Origin: Alphaproteobacteria bacterium
Lineage (GTDB): Bacteria; Pseudomonadota; Alphaproteobacteria; Bin95
Assembly: GCA_964291285.2 (NCBI GenBank)
Contig: OZ219786.1
Coordinates: forward strand, 384,001 to 448,000
Direction of reading: 5' to 3'
Length of the DNA: 64,000 bases
Below the pieces are notes generated by a model. It saw nothing but the letters and a program-made list of their open reading frames with translations, searched no databases and had not been told where the DNA came from. Positions 30,281 to 41,765 of the stretch are shown piece by piece (position 1 is the first letter of the stretch; each line of letters starts with the position of its first letter). The position numbers were made by a program, and so were the translations under genes.

Positions 30281-31211
30281 GAGCCTGACCCAAAAAGAGT
30301 TGAGCGGTTTCAAGGGATTGTGATTCAGTTCGGTTATGCATCTGAACGGAGCCACGAATGCCCTGGACCGAAACCGCTCGCCGGGAGTATCGGCGGGACT
30401 GCCCACGATATGCAAGCGATCTGACCGACGCTGAGTGGTCTCTGATCGAGCCCTTCATGCCGTTGCCCTGCCGTATCGGTCGCCCGCGCCAGACCGATCT
30501 GCGCGAGGTCGTAAATGCGGTGCTGTATATGGCCACGACCGGTTGTCAGTGGCGCCAGCTGCCGAAGGACTTTCCGCCGGTCTCGACGGTGCAGCGCTAT
30601 TTCTACGAGTGGCGCGACAACAGGCTGTGGCAGACGATCCGGTTCCACCTGGCCGTGCAGGCGCGCGAACGCGAGGGGCGCGAGGCCCAGCCGAGCGCGG
30701 GCGTGATCGACAGCCAGACGGTGAAAACCACGGAGGCAGGCGGGGTTAGCGGCTATGACGCCGGCAAGAAGGTCAAAGGGCGCAAGCGCCACGCTGTCGT
30801 CGACACCATCGGCATGCTCTTCGGCCTCGTCGTACATGCCGCCGACGTTCAGGACCGCGACGGCGCCCCGGCCGTGCTGAAATCCATCCGCCACGCCTGC
30901 CCCTGGCTGCGTCATCTGTTCGCCGATGGCGGATATGCCGGGCCGAAACTGCGCGGCGCCCTCGACAGGATCGGCAAGTGGACGCTCGAAATCGTCAAAC
31001 GCTCCGACACCGCCAACGGCTTCGAAGTCCTCCCCGGACGATGGGTCGTCGAACGCACCTTCGCATGGCTCGGGCGCTGCCGCAGGCTGGCAAAAGACTG
31101 GGAAAAATCCATCGCCTCAAGCGAAGCATGGATCAACATCGCCCATATCCGGCTCACAACACGCCGACTCGCAAGGCCTTGAAAAACTTCAGCGAGTTTC
31201 GAGTCAGGCTC
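30281..31211 (+). mobile_element. IS5-family element, copy 2
   Basis: Same ends and length as 4193-5123; TCA duplication within the IS701-IS701 junction. Confidence 0.95.
30358..31182 (+). CDS. IS5-family transposase
   Basis: Identical protein to 4270-5094. Confidence 0.95.
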   Translation: MPWTETARREYRRDCPRYASDLTDAEWSLIEPFMPLPCRIGRPRQTDLREVVNAVLYMATTGCQWRQLPKDFPPVSTVQRYFYEWRDNRLWQTIRFHLAVQAREREGREAQPSAGVIDSQTVKTTEAGGVSGYDAGKKVKGRKRHAVVDTIGMLFGLVVHAADVQDRDGAPAVLKSIRHACPWLRHLFADGGYAGPKLRGALDRIGKWTLEIVKRSDTANGFEVLPGRWVVERTFAWLGRCRRLAKDWEKSIASSEAWINIAHIRLTTRRLARP

Positions 31212-31237
31212 TCAGCTCGACTTTGTACAAAATTACC

Positions 31238-31525
31238 TCACGTCCATGTCCAGAAGATCTCGTTTTTGGCGATTTCGTCGAGGGCCTGTTCGAGCGGGAG
31301 CACGATGCCCCCCATGTCTCCGACGTCCTGCCAGGACTGGCGCCAGGACCAGTAGCGCACCCTCATCTTGTCACCTGAGCCTTTCGGCTGGAGCCTTGCG
31401 ATCGGTGCCTGCGTGGCCGTGAGATACAGATTGTAGCCGCCGCGCACCCTGGTGACCGTCACGCCCCCGCCCCTGGATTTGTTGAACGCTTCGATGCGCG
31501 CCAGACAGGGGTCGGATGCGGCCAT
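31238..31525 (-). CDS. IS passenger protein (DUF3024-like), copy 2
   Basis: Identical to 28483-28770. Confidence 0.6.
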   Translation of the reverse strand: MAASDPCLARIEAFNKSRGGGVTVTRVRGGYNLYLTATQAPIARLQPKGSGDKMRVRYWSWRQSWQDVGDMGGIVLPLEQALDEIAKNEIFWTWT

Positions 31526-31610
31526 GAAGCAGTGATATCGGATTGGATGGCTTCTGTCGCTGCAGCGATGCTGATTCACCCGGTCGCATGCGGGCGCCCT
31601 TGCATGCCGG

Positions 31611-33017
31611 ATGCTTCTGGATTCGAAGGTCGTCATGACACATTTCGACGACCCTTCGAGCGCCATCGGCGATCCGGTTCCGCCGTTCCTGATCGACTGG
31701 CTGGAGCCCTTTCGAGGCGCCTTCTCATCCCCGACCTGGCGGCTGGTGGCGGTTCTGGTCATGGGAGCGTTGCTGGCGCCGGGCAAGAGAACCGTGTCGG
31801 CCTGCCTGCGGGTGACCGGGCGGGCGATGTGCGAGACATTCTCGTCCTACCATCAGGTTCTCAATCGCGCCCGCTGGGACCCGCGTGACCTTTCACGCCG
31901 GCTCGTGCTCGTGCTGGTGGCGCGGCTTGCCGGGCAGGGACCGATCATCATCGGGCTCGATGACACCATCGAGCGCCGCTGGGGCGCGCGTATCAAGGCG
32001 CGCGGCATCTATCGCGACCCGGTGCGTTCCAGCCATGGCCATTTCGTCAAGACCAGCGGGCTGCGCTGGCTCAGCTTCATGCTGCTTGTCCCGCTGCCCT
32101 GGTCGCCGGGCATCAGGGCCCTGCCCTTCCTGACCATCCTGGCCCCGTCCGAACGCTTCGCCGCCAGGCAAGGCCGGCGTCACAAGCAACTCACCGACTG
32201 GGCGCGACAGGGCATGCTTCAAATCCTTCGCTGGGTCCCGCAACGCGCGATCGTCTTCGTCGCCGACAGCAGTTTCGGAACCCACGAACTCGCCTGGCGC
32301 ATCGGACAGCGCGCAACCCTCATCAGCAGGCTGAGGCTCGATGCCAACCTCTTCGCGCCCCCGCCGCCGCGCGACCCGAACAAACGCGGTCGACCCCGGC
32401 AAAAGGGGCCGCCCCTGCCCAAGCTCCAGACCCGCCTTGACGACCCCGATGCCCGCTGGACAAGCATCACGCTTCCGCGCTGGTACGGAAGTTCGAAGGA
32501 AAAGACACTCCAGATCATCTCCGATACCGCGCTCTGGTATCGTCCCGGCACACCTCCCAAGGCCATCCGATGGGTGCTGGTGCGAGACCCGGAAGGCGAG
32601 CGGGACCCGCAGGCGTTCTTCTGCACCGACACCAACATGGAGCCGGCCAAGATCATCGCCACCTTCGTGCGGCGCTGGCAGGTCGAGGTCACCTTCCAGG
32701 AACTGCGCGCCCATCTCGGGCTCGAAACACAACGCCAGTGGTCACACGCGGCGATCGCACGAACCACCCCCGTCCTCTGCGGGCTCTACAGCCTCGTCTG
32801 CCTCTGGGCCACAGACGTGCTCTCGACAAACCACCTGTCCTACGCCGCCGCCTGGTACCAGAAAACCAGCGTCACATTCTCCGATGCAATCGCGGCCATA
32901 CGATGCCAACTCTGGCTTGGAAACAATTTATCGCGCTCCCCGCCACACCGGGAACCAAACATAATTCCGCCCGACAAGATAAGGCGGATGCAGTACGCCC
33001 TCTGCTTCGCAGCATAA
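31611..33017 (+). CDS. IS701-like transposase, copy 2
   Basis: Identical protein to copy 1. Confidence 0.9.
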   Translation: MLLDSKVVMTHFDDPSSAIGDPVPPFLIDWLEPFRGAFSSPTWRLVAVLVMGALLAPGKRTVSACLRVTGRAMCETFSSYHQVLNRARWDPRDLSRRLVLVLVARLAGQGPIIIGLDDTIERRWGARIKARGIYRDPVRSSHGHFVKTSGLRWLSFMLLVPLPWSPGIRALPFLTILAPSERFAARQGRRHKQLTDWARQGMLQILRWVPQRAIVFVADSSFGTHELAWRIGQRATLISRLRLDANLFAPPPPRDPNKRGRPRQKGPPLPKLQTRLDDPDARWTSITLPRWYGSSKEKTLQIISDTALWYRPGTPPKAIRWVLVRDPEGERDPQAFFCTDTNMEPAKIIATFVRRWQVEVTFQELRAHLGLETQRQWSHAAIARTTPVLCGLYSLVCLWATDVLSTNHLSYAAAWYQKTSVTFSDAIAAIRCQLWLGNNLSRSPPHREPNIIPPDKIRRMQYALCFAA

Positions 33018-33058
33018 TGCACAAAGTCGAGCTCAGCTCGACTTTGTACAAAATTACC

Positions 33059-33346
33059 TCACGTCCATGTCCAGAAGATCTCGTTTTTGGCGATTTCGTC
33101 GAGGGCCTGTTCGAGCGGGAGCACGATGCCCCCCATGTCTCCGACGTCCTGCCAGGACTGGCGCCAGGACCAGTAGCGCACCCTCATCTTGTCACCTGAG
33201 CCTTTCGGCTGGAGCCTTGCGATCGGTGCCTGCGTGGCCGTGAGATACAGATTGTAGCCGCCGCGCACCCTGGTGACCGTCACGCCCCCGCCCCTGGATT
33301 TGTTGAACGCTTCGATGCGCGCCAGACAGGGGTCGGATGCGGCCAT
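33059..33346 (-). CDS. IS passenger protein (DUF3024-like), copy 3
   Basis: Identical to 28483-28770. Confidence 0.6.
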   Translation of the reverse strand: MAASDPCLARIEAFNKSRGGGVTVTRVRGGYNLYLTATQAPIARLQPKGSGDKMRVRYWSWRQSWQDVGDMGGIVLPLEQALDEIAKNEIFWTWT

Positions 33347-33431
33347 GAAGCAGTGATATCGGATTGGATGGCTTCTGTCGCTGCAGCGATGCTGATTCAC
33401 CCGGTCGCATGCGGGCGCCCTTGCATGCCGG

Positions 33432-34838
33432 ATGCTTCTGGATTCGAAGGTCGTCATGACACATTTCGACGACCCTTCGAGCGCCATCGGCGATCCGGTT
33501 CCGCCGTTCCTGATCGACTGGCTGGAGCCCTTTCGAGGCGCCTTCTCATCCCCGACCTGGCGGCTGGTGGCGGTTCTGGTCATGGGAGCGTTGCTGGCGC
33601 CGGGCAAGAGAACCGTGTCGGCCTGCCTGCGGGTGACCGGGCGGGCGATGTGCGAGACATTCTCGTCCTACCATCAGGTTCTCAATCGCGCCCGCTGGGA
33701 CCCGCGTGACCTTTCACGCCGGCTCGTGCTCGTGCTGGTGGCGCGGCTTGCCGGGCAGGGACCGATCATCATCGGGCTCGATGACACCATCGAGCGCCGC
33801 TGGGGCGCGCGTATCAAGGCGCGCGGCATCTATCGCGACCCGGTGCGTTCCAGCCATGGCCATTTCGTCAAGACCAGCGGGCTGCGCTGGCTCAGCTTCA
33901 TGCTGCTTGTCCCGCTGCCCTGGTCGCCGGGCATCAGGGCCCTGCCCTTCCTGACCATCCTGGCCCCGTCCGAACGCTTCGCCGCCAGGCAAGGCCGGCG
34001 TCACAAGCAACTCACCGACTGGGCGCGACAGGGCATGCTTCAAATCCTTCGCTGGGTCCCGCAACGCGCGATCGTCTTCGTCGCCGACAGCAGTTTCGGA
34101 ACCCACGAACTCGCCTGGCGCATCGGACAGCGCGCAACCCTCATCAGCAGGCTGAGGCTCGATGCCAACCTCTTCGCGCCCCCGCCGCCGCGCGACCCGA
34201 ACAAACGCGGTCGACCCCGGCAAAAGGGGCCGCCCCTGCCCAAGCTCCAGACCCGCCTTGACGACCCCGATGCCCGCTGGACAAGCATCACGCTTCCGCG
34301 CTGGTACGGAAGTTCGAAGGAAAAGACACTCCAGATCATCTCCGATACCGCGCTCTGGTATCGTCCCGGCACACCTCCCAAGGCCATCCGATGGGTGCTG
34401 GTGCGAGACCCGGAAGGCGAGCGGGACCCGCAGGCGTTCTTCTGCACCGACACCAACATGGAGCCGGCCAAGATCATCGCCACCTTCGTGCGGCGCTGGC
34501 AGGTCGAGGTCACCTTCCAGGAACTGCGCGCCCATCTCGGGCTCGAAACACAACGCCAGTGGTCACACGCGGCGATCGCACGAACCACCCCCGTCCTCTG
34601 CGGGCTCTACAGCCTCGTCTGCCTCTGGGCCACAGACGTGCTCTCGACAAACCACCTGTCCTACGCCGCCGCCTGGTACCAGAAAACCAGCGTCACATTC
34701 TCCGATGCAATCGCGGCCATACGATGCCAACTCTGGCTTGGAAACAATTTATCGCGCTCCCCGCCACACCGGGAACCAAACATAATTCCGCCCGACAAGA
34801 TAAGGCGGATGCAGTACGCCCTCTGCTTCGCAGCATAA
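33432..34838 (+). CDS. IS701-like transposase, copy 3
   Basis: Identical protein to copy 1. Confidence 0.9.
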   Translation: MLLDSKVVMTHFDDPSSAIGDPVPPFLIDWLEPFRGAFSSPTWRLVAVLVMGALLAPGKRTVSACLRVTGRAMCETFSSYHQVLNRARWDPRDLSRRLVLVLVARLAGQGPIIIGLDDTIERRWGARIKARGIYRDPVRSSHGHFVKTSGLRWLSFMLLVPLPWSPGIRALPFLTILAPSERFAARQGRRHKQLTDWARQGMLQILRWVPQRAIVFVADSSFGTHELAWRIGQRATLISRLRLDANLFAPPPPRDPNKRGRPRQKGPPLPKLQTRLDDPDARWTSITLPRWYGSSKEKTLQIISDTALWYRPGTPPKAIRWVLVRDPEGERDPQAFFCTDTNMEPAKIIATFVRRWQVEVTFQELRAHLGLETQRQWSHAAIARTTPVLCGLYSLVCLWATDVLSTNHLSYAAAWYQKTSVTFSDAIAAIRCQLWLGNNLSRSPPHREPNIIPPDKIRRMQYALCFAA

Positions 34839-36675
34839 TGCACAAAGTCGAGCTCAGAACCAAGTAAGCGGAGTTCTTGTTCCGTGCGGCGTTCAACTCG
34901 CCGCGCATGACGGGTGTCCACTCGGCTCCGTGAACTATCAGCGCCCGTATCGTCTCGGGCCAGTAGTCGGGGAACCGTGCCATAAGTCGTACAGCGATCC
35001 GCGCCGCCTGAGCCGTCGCCGCGCTCGTTGCTCGAAACGAGACGAGGGGGTCGCGGTCGGTGTTCGGCCCTGTCGACAGAAGTGCGAGCGAATCCGCGTC
35101 ATAGGCATCCGTCCTCGCCGGGGAGACGACGCGATTGCCCGCTTCCATGACGATGTCCGGCTTGAACGGAGATTTCCCTTGGGTCCAAAGAACCGATGTT
35201 CGAGAATAGGGACTGAGCGCACCGGCCCTCGCGTAGGGCGAAAACCCCGCAAACTCCGGTTCCTGGATATTGATCCGATCTGTGTATCCCCCGACCGTGA
35301 GGGCATTCCATGCTTGGCCCGGGTCTTCTATTTCGAGTGCGTTCGGATCTACGATTTGCTCGACTTCGATCGGGTTGGGAGCGTTTCCTGCCGAGACCAC
35401 GAACAATCTTCGAGGTGCCCGCTCTCCAGTTTCAGTGACACCTGCCGCCTCCTGGTCGATCGCCGAGCTCCAGGTGGTCGGTCGTATCCCGCTGCGGTCC
35501 TCATTCGTGACCGCAAGACAAAACACCCTGAGGCGCTCCGGACGTTCCGTCTCCGGCAATGCCACGCCCTGCTTCATGACGGCTCCGTAGAACCGTTCTT
35601 CGGTTGACTCGAAACCGTCCGGCGGAAGAATCTTCACCGATTCGAGCCGGTGGTTCAGGGGTGCGGCCTCTTCATCCGCAAGGCGAGCTGTCAGATCGCC
35701 GAACAGAGCGAGCCCCGCCATGCCCGTACCGTGGCCATGGGGCGAATCCGCGACGCCCCAGTCGGGCCGTACTGCCGTCATATCGCTTTCAATCAGAGTC
35801 GGCTCGATCAGGATGTGTGCTCGGTTGACACCCGTATCTAGAAGGCACACGGCCGGAACATCTGCCCCAGGCCATTCGGTTCTCTCGGCCAAGTGCTCTG
35901 CCACCACTCGCTGCTCGTCACGATCAATATCGTCGAGAAAGAACGCCGGGCTGTCGCTCGCCCGGCGAAGCTCGACAATCGACAGTCGCGCGAACAGCAT
36001 CAGCTCGATCGTCGCCCTGTCGGCCAGCACCGGAAGGACGACATGCTCGGGAAAGTACAGGCGCTGTTCTGCGTCCGCGACCCGCGCCCCGAGCCGATTG
36101 GCCAGTTGCTCGAATTCGTCCTTCAGATCACGAACGCACCAGACTTCCCACCACATTTCCTGACCTGGTGGCGGAAGCCTCTCGGGATCATCAGTCCAGA
36201 ACGTCTCTAGTCGCGCCTGGCGGATCGACTCGATAGCTTCGACGAAGTTCTTACGCGGCGGTCTTCCTCTCTCCGAGAGTTCCCCCTTTTGGTATTCGCG
36301 CAGAATGGTCTCGAAGACCTCGCGAGCCTCATCGGGAACGTACAGCCCGACAATGCGACGATCGCCTACGTCAAGACGGGCCGCACCGGGCCGGATCCCA
36401 TCTCTCTTTCGTTCGACAACCTCGACACCCGCCCCACGCTTCAGCGCCAGCTCCAGAAACGTGCCCTCGGGTGGTCCGATTCGAGGATCTTCACGCCTCT
36501 CAGCATTGAAGGCACGATAAGCCGCAGCAAGCTCTCCCTGCAGTTTTTCACCGTGTTCCTCGCGGATTCGCGGCGTTCCGGCCCCTCCCTGATTCTGGGC
36601 GGTAGATGTAAACGGCGTCGCCTGGACGCGCCGCGACAAGTCGATATGGGGCAGGTCGTATGGAGGCGCCATTCG

Positions 36676-37680
36676 TTAGCGGGACACTTGCGCACCGATG
36701 AAGGCCTGGCGCATCTCCCGTCGTTCATCGAGGGCAGCTACAAGGTCTCGTGTCGTCAGTTTGTCGCGCTCGTCGAGTATCGCAGTCTTCACCGCTTTCT
36801 CCGTCGCCCCGGCCAGCTCCGACTGGCTCAGATCGCGGCCTGCCGCGACGATCTGCTTCCACGCCAGCCTCGGATACTTCATAGGCCGAAGGTAGGACTT
36901 GACGATACTGCGGATCTGCTCGTCGGTCGGCATCTCGAACTGCACGACAAGGTCGAAACGCCTGAGAAGCGCACGATCCAGCAGATCCGGATGGTTGGTC
37001 GCAGCCGCGACGAGGCTGTCTGTAGCGTTCGGCTCCTCCATGAATTGCAGAAACGAATTGAGCACCCTGCGCATCTCTGCGACATCGTTCGACGCGCTGC
37101 GATGACTACCGACGGCGTCGAATTCGTCAAAGAGGTAGACACCGCGGCGCTTCGCCGTCTCATCGAAGACCAGACGCAGCTTCGCGGCCGTTTCGCCCAT
37201 GAACCGAGTAATCAGCGCTTCGAGCCGAATGACCAGCAGCGGCAGCTTCAACGCCCCGGCTAGCGCTTCCGCAGTCATCGTCTTGCCCGATCCCGGCGGT
37301 CCGAGGAACAAGACCCGTCGGCTTGGCGTTCGACCATGTTCTCGAAGCCAATCCCTGCGCGTCTGCTCGCGAATCAGGCTCTTGATCTGCACGCAAGGCT
37401 GTTCGTTCAGGACAACATCATCGAGCCGATGAGAGTGGTTGCGCAATTCCATCAGGTCCGCAAGGTCCCCGCGAGGAACCGCGAACGGCACAGCTACCGT
37501 TTGACCCCGACCGCTGCCCCCACGCGCCTCATCAACCGCCTCCCGAATCCCTTCGGCGACGCGTCGATGGCCTTGCCGCGCCTCGGCGGCGGCTATCTGC
37601 AGGGCGATCGTGAAGAATTGCTCATCGTCGCCGGCGGCTCTGCTGCGCAGCATCGCAAGGATTTGTCTGGCGTTGGACAC
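36676..37680 (-). CDS. AAA+ ATPase (IetA-like)
   Basis: GPPGSGKT, YLFDEFDAVG, NDVAEMRRVLNSFLQ, ATNHPDLLDRALLRRFD; directly upstream of the S8 protease; GTG start inferred. Confidence 0.9.
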   Translation of the reverse strand: MSNARQILAMLRSRAAGDDEQFFTIALQIAAAEARQGHRRVAEGIREAVDEARGGSGRGQTVAVPFAVPRGDLADLMELRNHSHRLDDVVLNEQPCVQIKSLIREQTRRDWLREHGRTPSRRVLFLGPPGSGKTMTAEALAGALKLPLLVIRLEALITRFMGETAAKLRLVFDETAKRRGVYLFDEFDAVGSHRSASNDVAEMRRVLNSFLQFMEEPNATDSLVAAATNHPDLLDRALLRRFDLVVQFEMPTDEQIRSIVKSYLRPMKYPRLAWKQIVAAGRDLSQSELAGATEKAVKTAILDERDKLTTRDLVAALDERREMRQAFIGAQVSR

Positions 37681-38014
37681 GGCGTAGATACGAGTCTCTA
37701 TCTCTGGATTGCGCTGGTGATTCACGATACCGACCGCCGTTCCAAGCGACAACGCGGAAAATCAGTCGCTGCCGGTCGATCACGCGACGTCATCGGGGCA
37801 TCAAACATCCCCGTTGCCGCCGGCTGCGCGTCGCCGAACACTGGTTCGACACCACGGGCCGCGTCCGCCCACGGTAGAACTCTGGCACGTCATAGAGCTG
37901 TACGAGGGCCCGCGCGAGTCGATGGGAAGGTCCTGATAGGCGAGCTTCGGAGGGTGTTAGCGACGGTTACAGAGCGCGCCTGTTCGCTGACGTTTTTCGG
38001 CCGGTTGCGGTTTT

Positions 38015-38737
38015 TCAGTTGATTTGTCGGTCATCGGTTTCGAGTGGTTCGCCGTCTCGGTCGCGGATGAGCATGTCGTTCCAGTCCCGATTGTCGAGTG
38101 CGGGTCGCAGCCGGACGATCCGTGTGTGTGTCCTTGCGGGCGAGGCGCCTTGCGGCGTGATCGCCGTTTGTGGTGGCGTCGTATGCACAGAAGATGAGGC
38201 GCGGGTTCCATGCCTCGATCCATTTGGGGACTTTGGTGGCGACGGCGCCGGTGGAGACGGTGGCGCATTCGGTGCGTTTTACCGGGCCGAGGTGGAGGGA
38301 GAGGATGGAGAGGGCGTCGAGGGCGTTGCCGGCCAGGATGACGGCGTGTGGCCATTCGGTCTCCCAGGACATCCGGAAGCCGCCGCCGCGGTCGGCTCGC
38401 GGGCTGCGGCGGAGACGGTTTCGATGCCGGTCGTCTCGCCGGCAGCGTTTCGGCGGAGGAACACGGGGTTGCCGTGCCGGTCGGGGTGGACGAGGCCGAG
38501 GTCGCGGCACAGCGCGACGAGGGCGTCGCCGAGGCCGCGCCGCTCGACGAGGTATCGGCGCAGCGGGGTCCAGCGGGGGTCCTTGGCCGGCGCCTGCCGG
38601 CGGCCGCCTGGGGGCATTGAGAGGTCGGACAGTTCGGCGAGGAAGTCGATGGCGTCCGGCGGGGTGCATCCGAGCGCATGGACCGCCAGTTCGATAGCCC
38701 CGGCTCCCTCCTCTGCGCGCAGATGGTCGTAGAACAT
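38015..38737 (-). pseudogene. DUF3991/Toprim-like protein, frameshifted
   Basis: [32 protein letters not shown]...TGIE, then [28 protein letters not shown] across frames. Confidence 0.6.
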
Positions 38738-39600
38738 GAAGCGGTTGCCCGCGCAAGCTGCGGGCGTGACGCTTGCGCCTGACCAGCTCCTCGATGTGTT
38801 CGGGGTTCTCGATGCGGGCCGCCTTGTCGAAGCTGCGCGGATGGCGGGCGATGACCTCCATGCCGTCGAGGATGCGCACCTCTTCCAGCGTCGCGGCCAC
38901 GGTGAGGGTACGCCGCACATGGGTATGCGGGACGCTGTGCGGGACGCTGTACTCATTTTTGTCGAAGCGGGCGTAGGGGGTCTTGGCGATCCTGACCTCG
39001 CCCCTCTCGTCGACGGGGAAGCGGTCGTCGGGCAGCGCCATCAGGGAGCCGCGCTCGCGCTCGAAGGCCTCGCTCACGGTGAGGGAGCGGTCGTCCGGCC
39101 AGGGGCGGTCGGCGGCGACGCCCTCGCACCACTCCCGGGCCTGGGCGTTGAGATCGTCGAGGTCACGCCAGGCGCGGGCGGCGAAGAAGCTGTCGCGCAC
39201 ATAGCGTATGGCGCGCTCGACGCGCCCTTTTTCGTTGCCTCGGGCGACCGCGACCGGCTTCGGCAGGAAGCGGTAGGCGCCTGCGAAGTCGAGAAGCCGG
39301 GGATTGAAGCGGATGGCGTCGCCGCGCCGCTCCAGCACGACGCTCTTCAAATTGTCGTACCAGAGCTCGGGGAGCACGCCCTGCCAGGCCTCGAAGGCCT
39401 CGACATGGCCGCGCAGGAAGTTGTCCGTCCCGGCGTTGAGGTGGAAGCGCAGAAAGAGGCGGCGCGAGTGGCCGAGCACCATCACGAAGGCCATCAGCGG
39501 GCGCTCCGCACGCCCGATCCTCACCTTGCCGAAGTGGACCCGGTCGACCTGGGCCTGCTCGCCGGGCAGAGCCTTGAGGCGCAGACAGGCCTCGGCCACC
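38738..39600 (-). pseudogene. istA: IS21 transposase IstA remnant (no N-terminus, no istB)
   Basis: [50 protein letters not shown]. Confidence 0.85.
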
Positions 39601-39715
39601 GGGCCCGGCCGCTGCAGTTCCGCGAACAGTAGATGTTGCCGTGGTCGCAGCGCCGGCAAAGAACCACCTGGCGACCGCACGAGGCACAGTTGAACAGGCG
39701 GGCAGCGTTCCTCAT
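39521..39715 (-). pseudogene. Small Cys-rich ORF (CxxC..[11 protein letters not shown]), truncated; second copy at 41825-41932
   Basis: MRNAARLF(N/T)CASC(G/H)[18 protein letters not shown] in both places. Confidence 0.5.
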
Positions 39716-40069
39716 CGCGACCGATGAGAACGGGCTGGACCCCCGCAAAAACCCGCACGATACTGTGCATACGGGCCATGCCCCGCATGGCTCGGGGGAT
39801 GCGGCGCCGGTCGTTGCCTCCTAGCAAACGGGGCCGGCGCCGCATCGTTCTCACCGGACCGAGTCTACTCCCGCCGATCCCGCTGTCAGGGTCGAGTGAC
39901 CGTCAAAGGCGTGCCGCACGCCCGCTATGGATAACCAGCCCGCCGCCGCCAGACTCCTCGACGGTCGCTGCGGCGGGCTGGTTACCCACAGCTCCGCCGA
40001 AGAATGCCTCCAACAACAGACCGCTGGATACGGCGGTGACGTCATCACCTGCCGACTTCAGCAAATAAA

Positions 40070-41765
40070 CCTAAATCCGGCAGTTGACGAGCTTGATCGC
40101 TGTCTCGGGGTAGTGTGAACGGTCGGATTTGGGCGTGGATTTCAGCACGTGGTCGCGGCCCTGGGTGGCGGCAGCCAGGGTTGACGCCCCGGTTCGCGGC
40201 CATGGAGGTATTTCCTGAGCGCCTCGGCGAGGATGCGGCGCCAGCGATCCCCGGCGCTCAACTGCTCCGCAGTTTGCGTCAGCGACCGGAAGAAGCCGGC
40301 GATCCGGCGCAGCGCCGCCATCACCGTCTTGCGACGCCCGTGATGGGAGGTCACCGTCAGCCGGGTCTGGCCGGCGTGGTGGGTCTGACGGGCAACCCCG
40401 TGCAGGAGCAGCGGCCGGCTGGTGATCGCCTCGCGGTGATGGTCGGGGTCGGCGAGGCGCACGAACAGGCTCCACCAGTTGTAGATGAGCGCGACCAGCC
40501 GGGCCATGTGCCGGCAGCGCGTCAGGTCGCGCGTGGTGAAGCCGCCCCAACCCCACTGGTTCTTCAACTCGTCGAAGCCGTTCTCCGCGTCCGCCCGGTC
40601 GCGGTAGAGCTGGGCCAGCGAGCGTATCTCCAGGTCCAGCGAGGTCGCCAGCACCGCGAACTCCCATACCCCGGTGCCGGGCTGCGCCTCGGTCCAGAAC
40701 AGCTCGCCCCGGGCCTTGTCGCCACGCGTCAGCGCCAGCGTCGCAGGAAGCCGCCGACGCAGCACCACAACCCGGCGCGTCCGGCTCCAGCCCTGCAGAC
40801 GCAGATCGGCCCCGATCCCCGACCAGCCCTGGCCCGCATCCTCCCAGCCGTCCCGCGCCATCAGCCGCTCGGCAAGCCGGCGCGCCCCCTTCGTCAGGCG
40901 CAGCTTGAACAGATAGTCCGGACCCGCAGCCTCGCACGACGCCATGTTGGCCTCGCTGCCCCAGTCCTTGTCGCCCCGCACCAGACGCGGCCAGCGATCC
41001 CGCCCAAGACGGTCGAGCAACGCCCACAAGGACGGCGCCGCGCGCCTCGAATGGTGATGGTTGCCCGGCGCCACCTCGACATCCAGAACAAGCCGCGTGC
41101 CCGCCATCAGGAACGCATGGCAGGTATGCGAGGGGCGGCCCGGCTTCTTCGGGTTGTAGCTCACAACCGCTCCCTCCTGACGACCGTAAAGCGCCTTGAT
41201 CGTCGTGTCGCAGTCCAGAACCCACGGCTCCCTCAGCAGCGGACGGACCACCTCGTCCAGATGGCCCTGAAGCCACGATGTGCCGACATCCGCACCGATC
41301 CGCTCCAGACCGCGCCGCACCGAATCCTCGCTCGCAACCTTGTCCATACCCAGCAGCGCAGGGTTCACCCCGTCGCCGCGCAGCGACGTGATGTGCGCAT
41401 AGCGAGACTGCCCCGCCAGAACCGACAGAAGAACCGTCCCCGGGACATCCCGCTTCGACGGCGCGTTCGGGCTCGTGTACCGCAGCGGGCAGTCCGCAAC
41501 CAAAGCGTCAAAGCGACCGCTCACCTTCAGCTATTCCGCGAAAAACGCCAGATGGCCCAGCGGCGTCACCGCCGCATCAGGGTCCCATTCCACATGAACC
41601 GCGCCGCCGAAGGTGTCCACCTTCACGAACGCTCGGGCGACATCCCGCACAGCGCCAGGACAGTCACCCACAGGGTGAGCCTCTTCGGCCCTTGAAAAGC
41701 CGCTCATACCCGAAGACTACAAGGGATTCGGCAAGGCCCCGCCATACTCAACTGCCGGATTTAGG
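40070..41765 (-). mobile_element. IS1380-family element
   Basis: 1696 bp, TIR CCTAAATCCGGCAGTTGA, 5-bp duplication ATAAA. Confidence 0.95.
40142..41672 (-). pseudogene. IS1380 transposase with in-frame TAG near the N-terminus
   Basis: VHVEWDPDAAVTPLGHLAFFAE*LKVSGRF; LDCDTTIK, RGDKDWG, YRDRADAENGFDELKNQWGWGGF. Confidence 0.85.

Larger units (their letters stand above)
31216..33031 (+). mobile_element. IS701-like element, copy 2
   Basis: Same ends, length and proteins as copy 1. Confidence 0.9.
33037..34852 (+). mobile_element. IS701-like element, copy 3
   Basis: Same ends, length and proteins as copy 1; separated from copy 2 by CTCAG. Confidence 0.9.
27777..36672 (-). pseudogene. S8 subtilisin-like serine protease (IetS-like) split by an IS array
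   Basis: 5' part (34858-36672) has LLDTGV, HGHGTGMAG, VSAGN, ATSAAT. Removing the IS array rejoins it in frame as AYLVL/RRYGYGVP to the 3' part (27777-28460). Confidence 0.9.
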
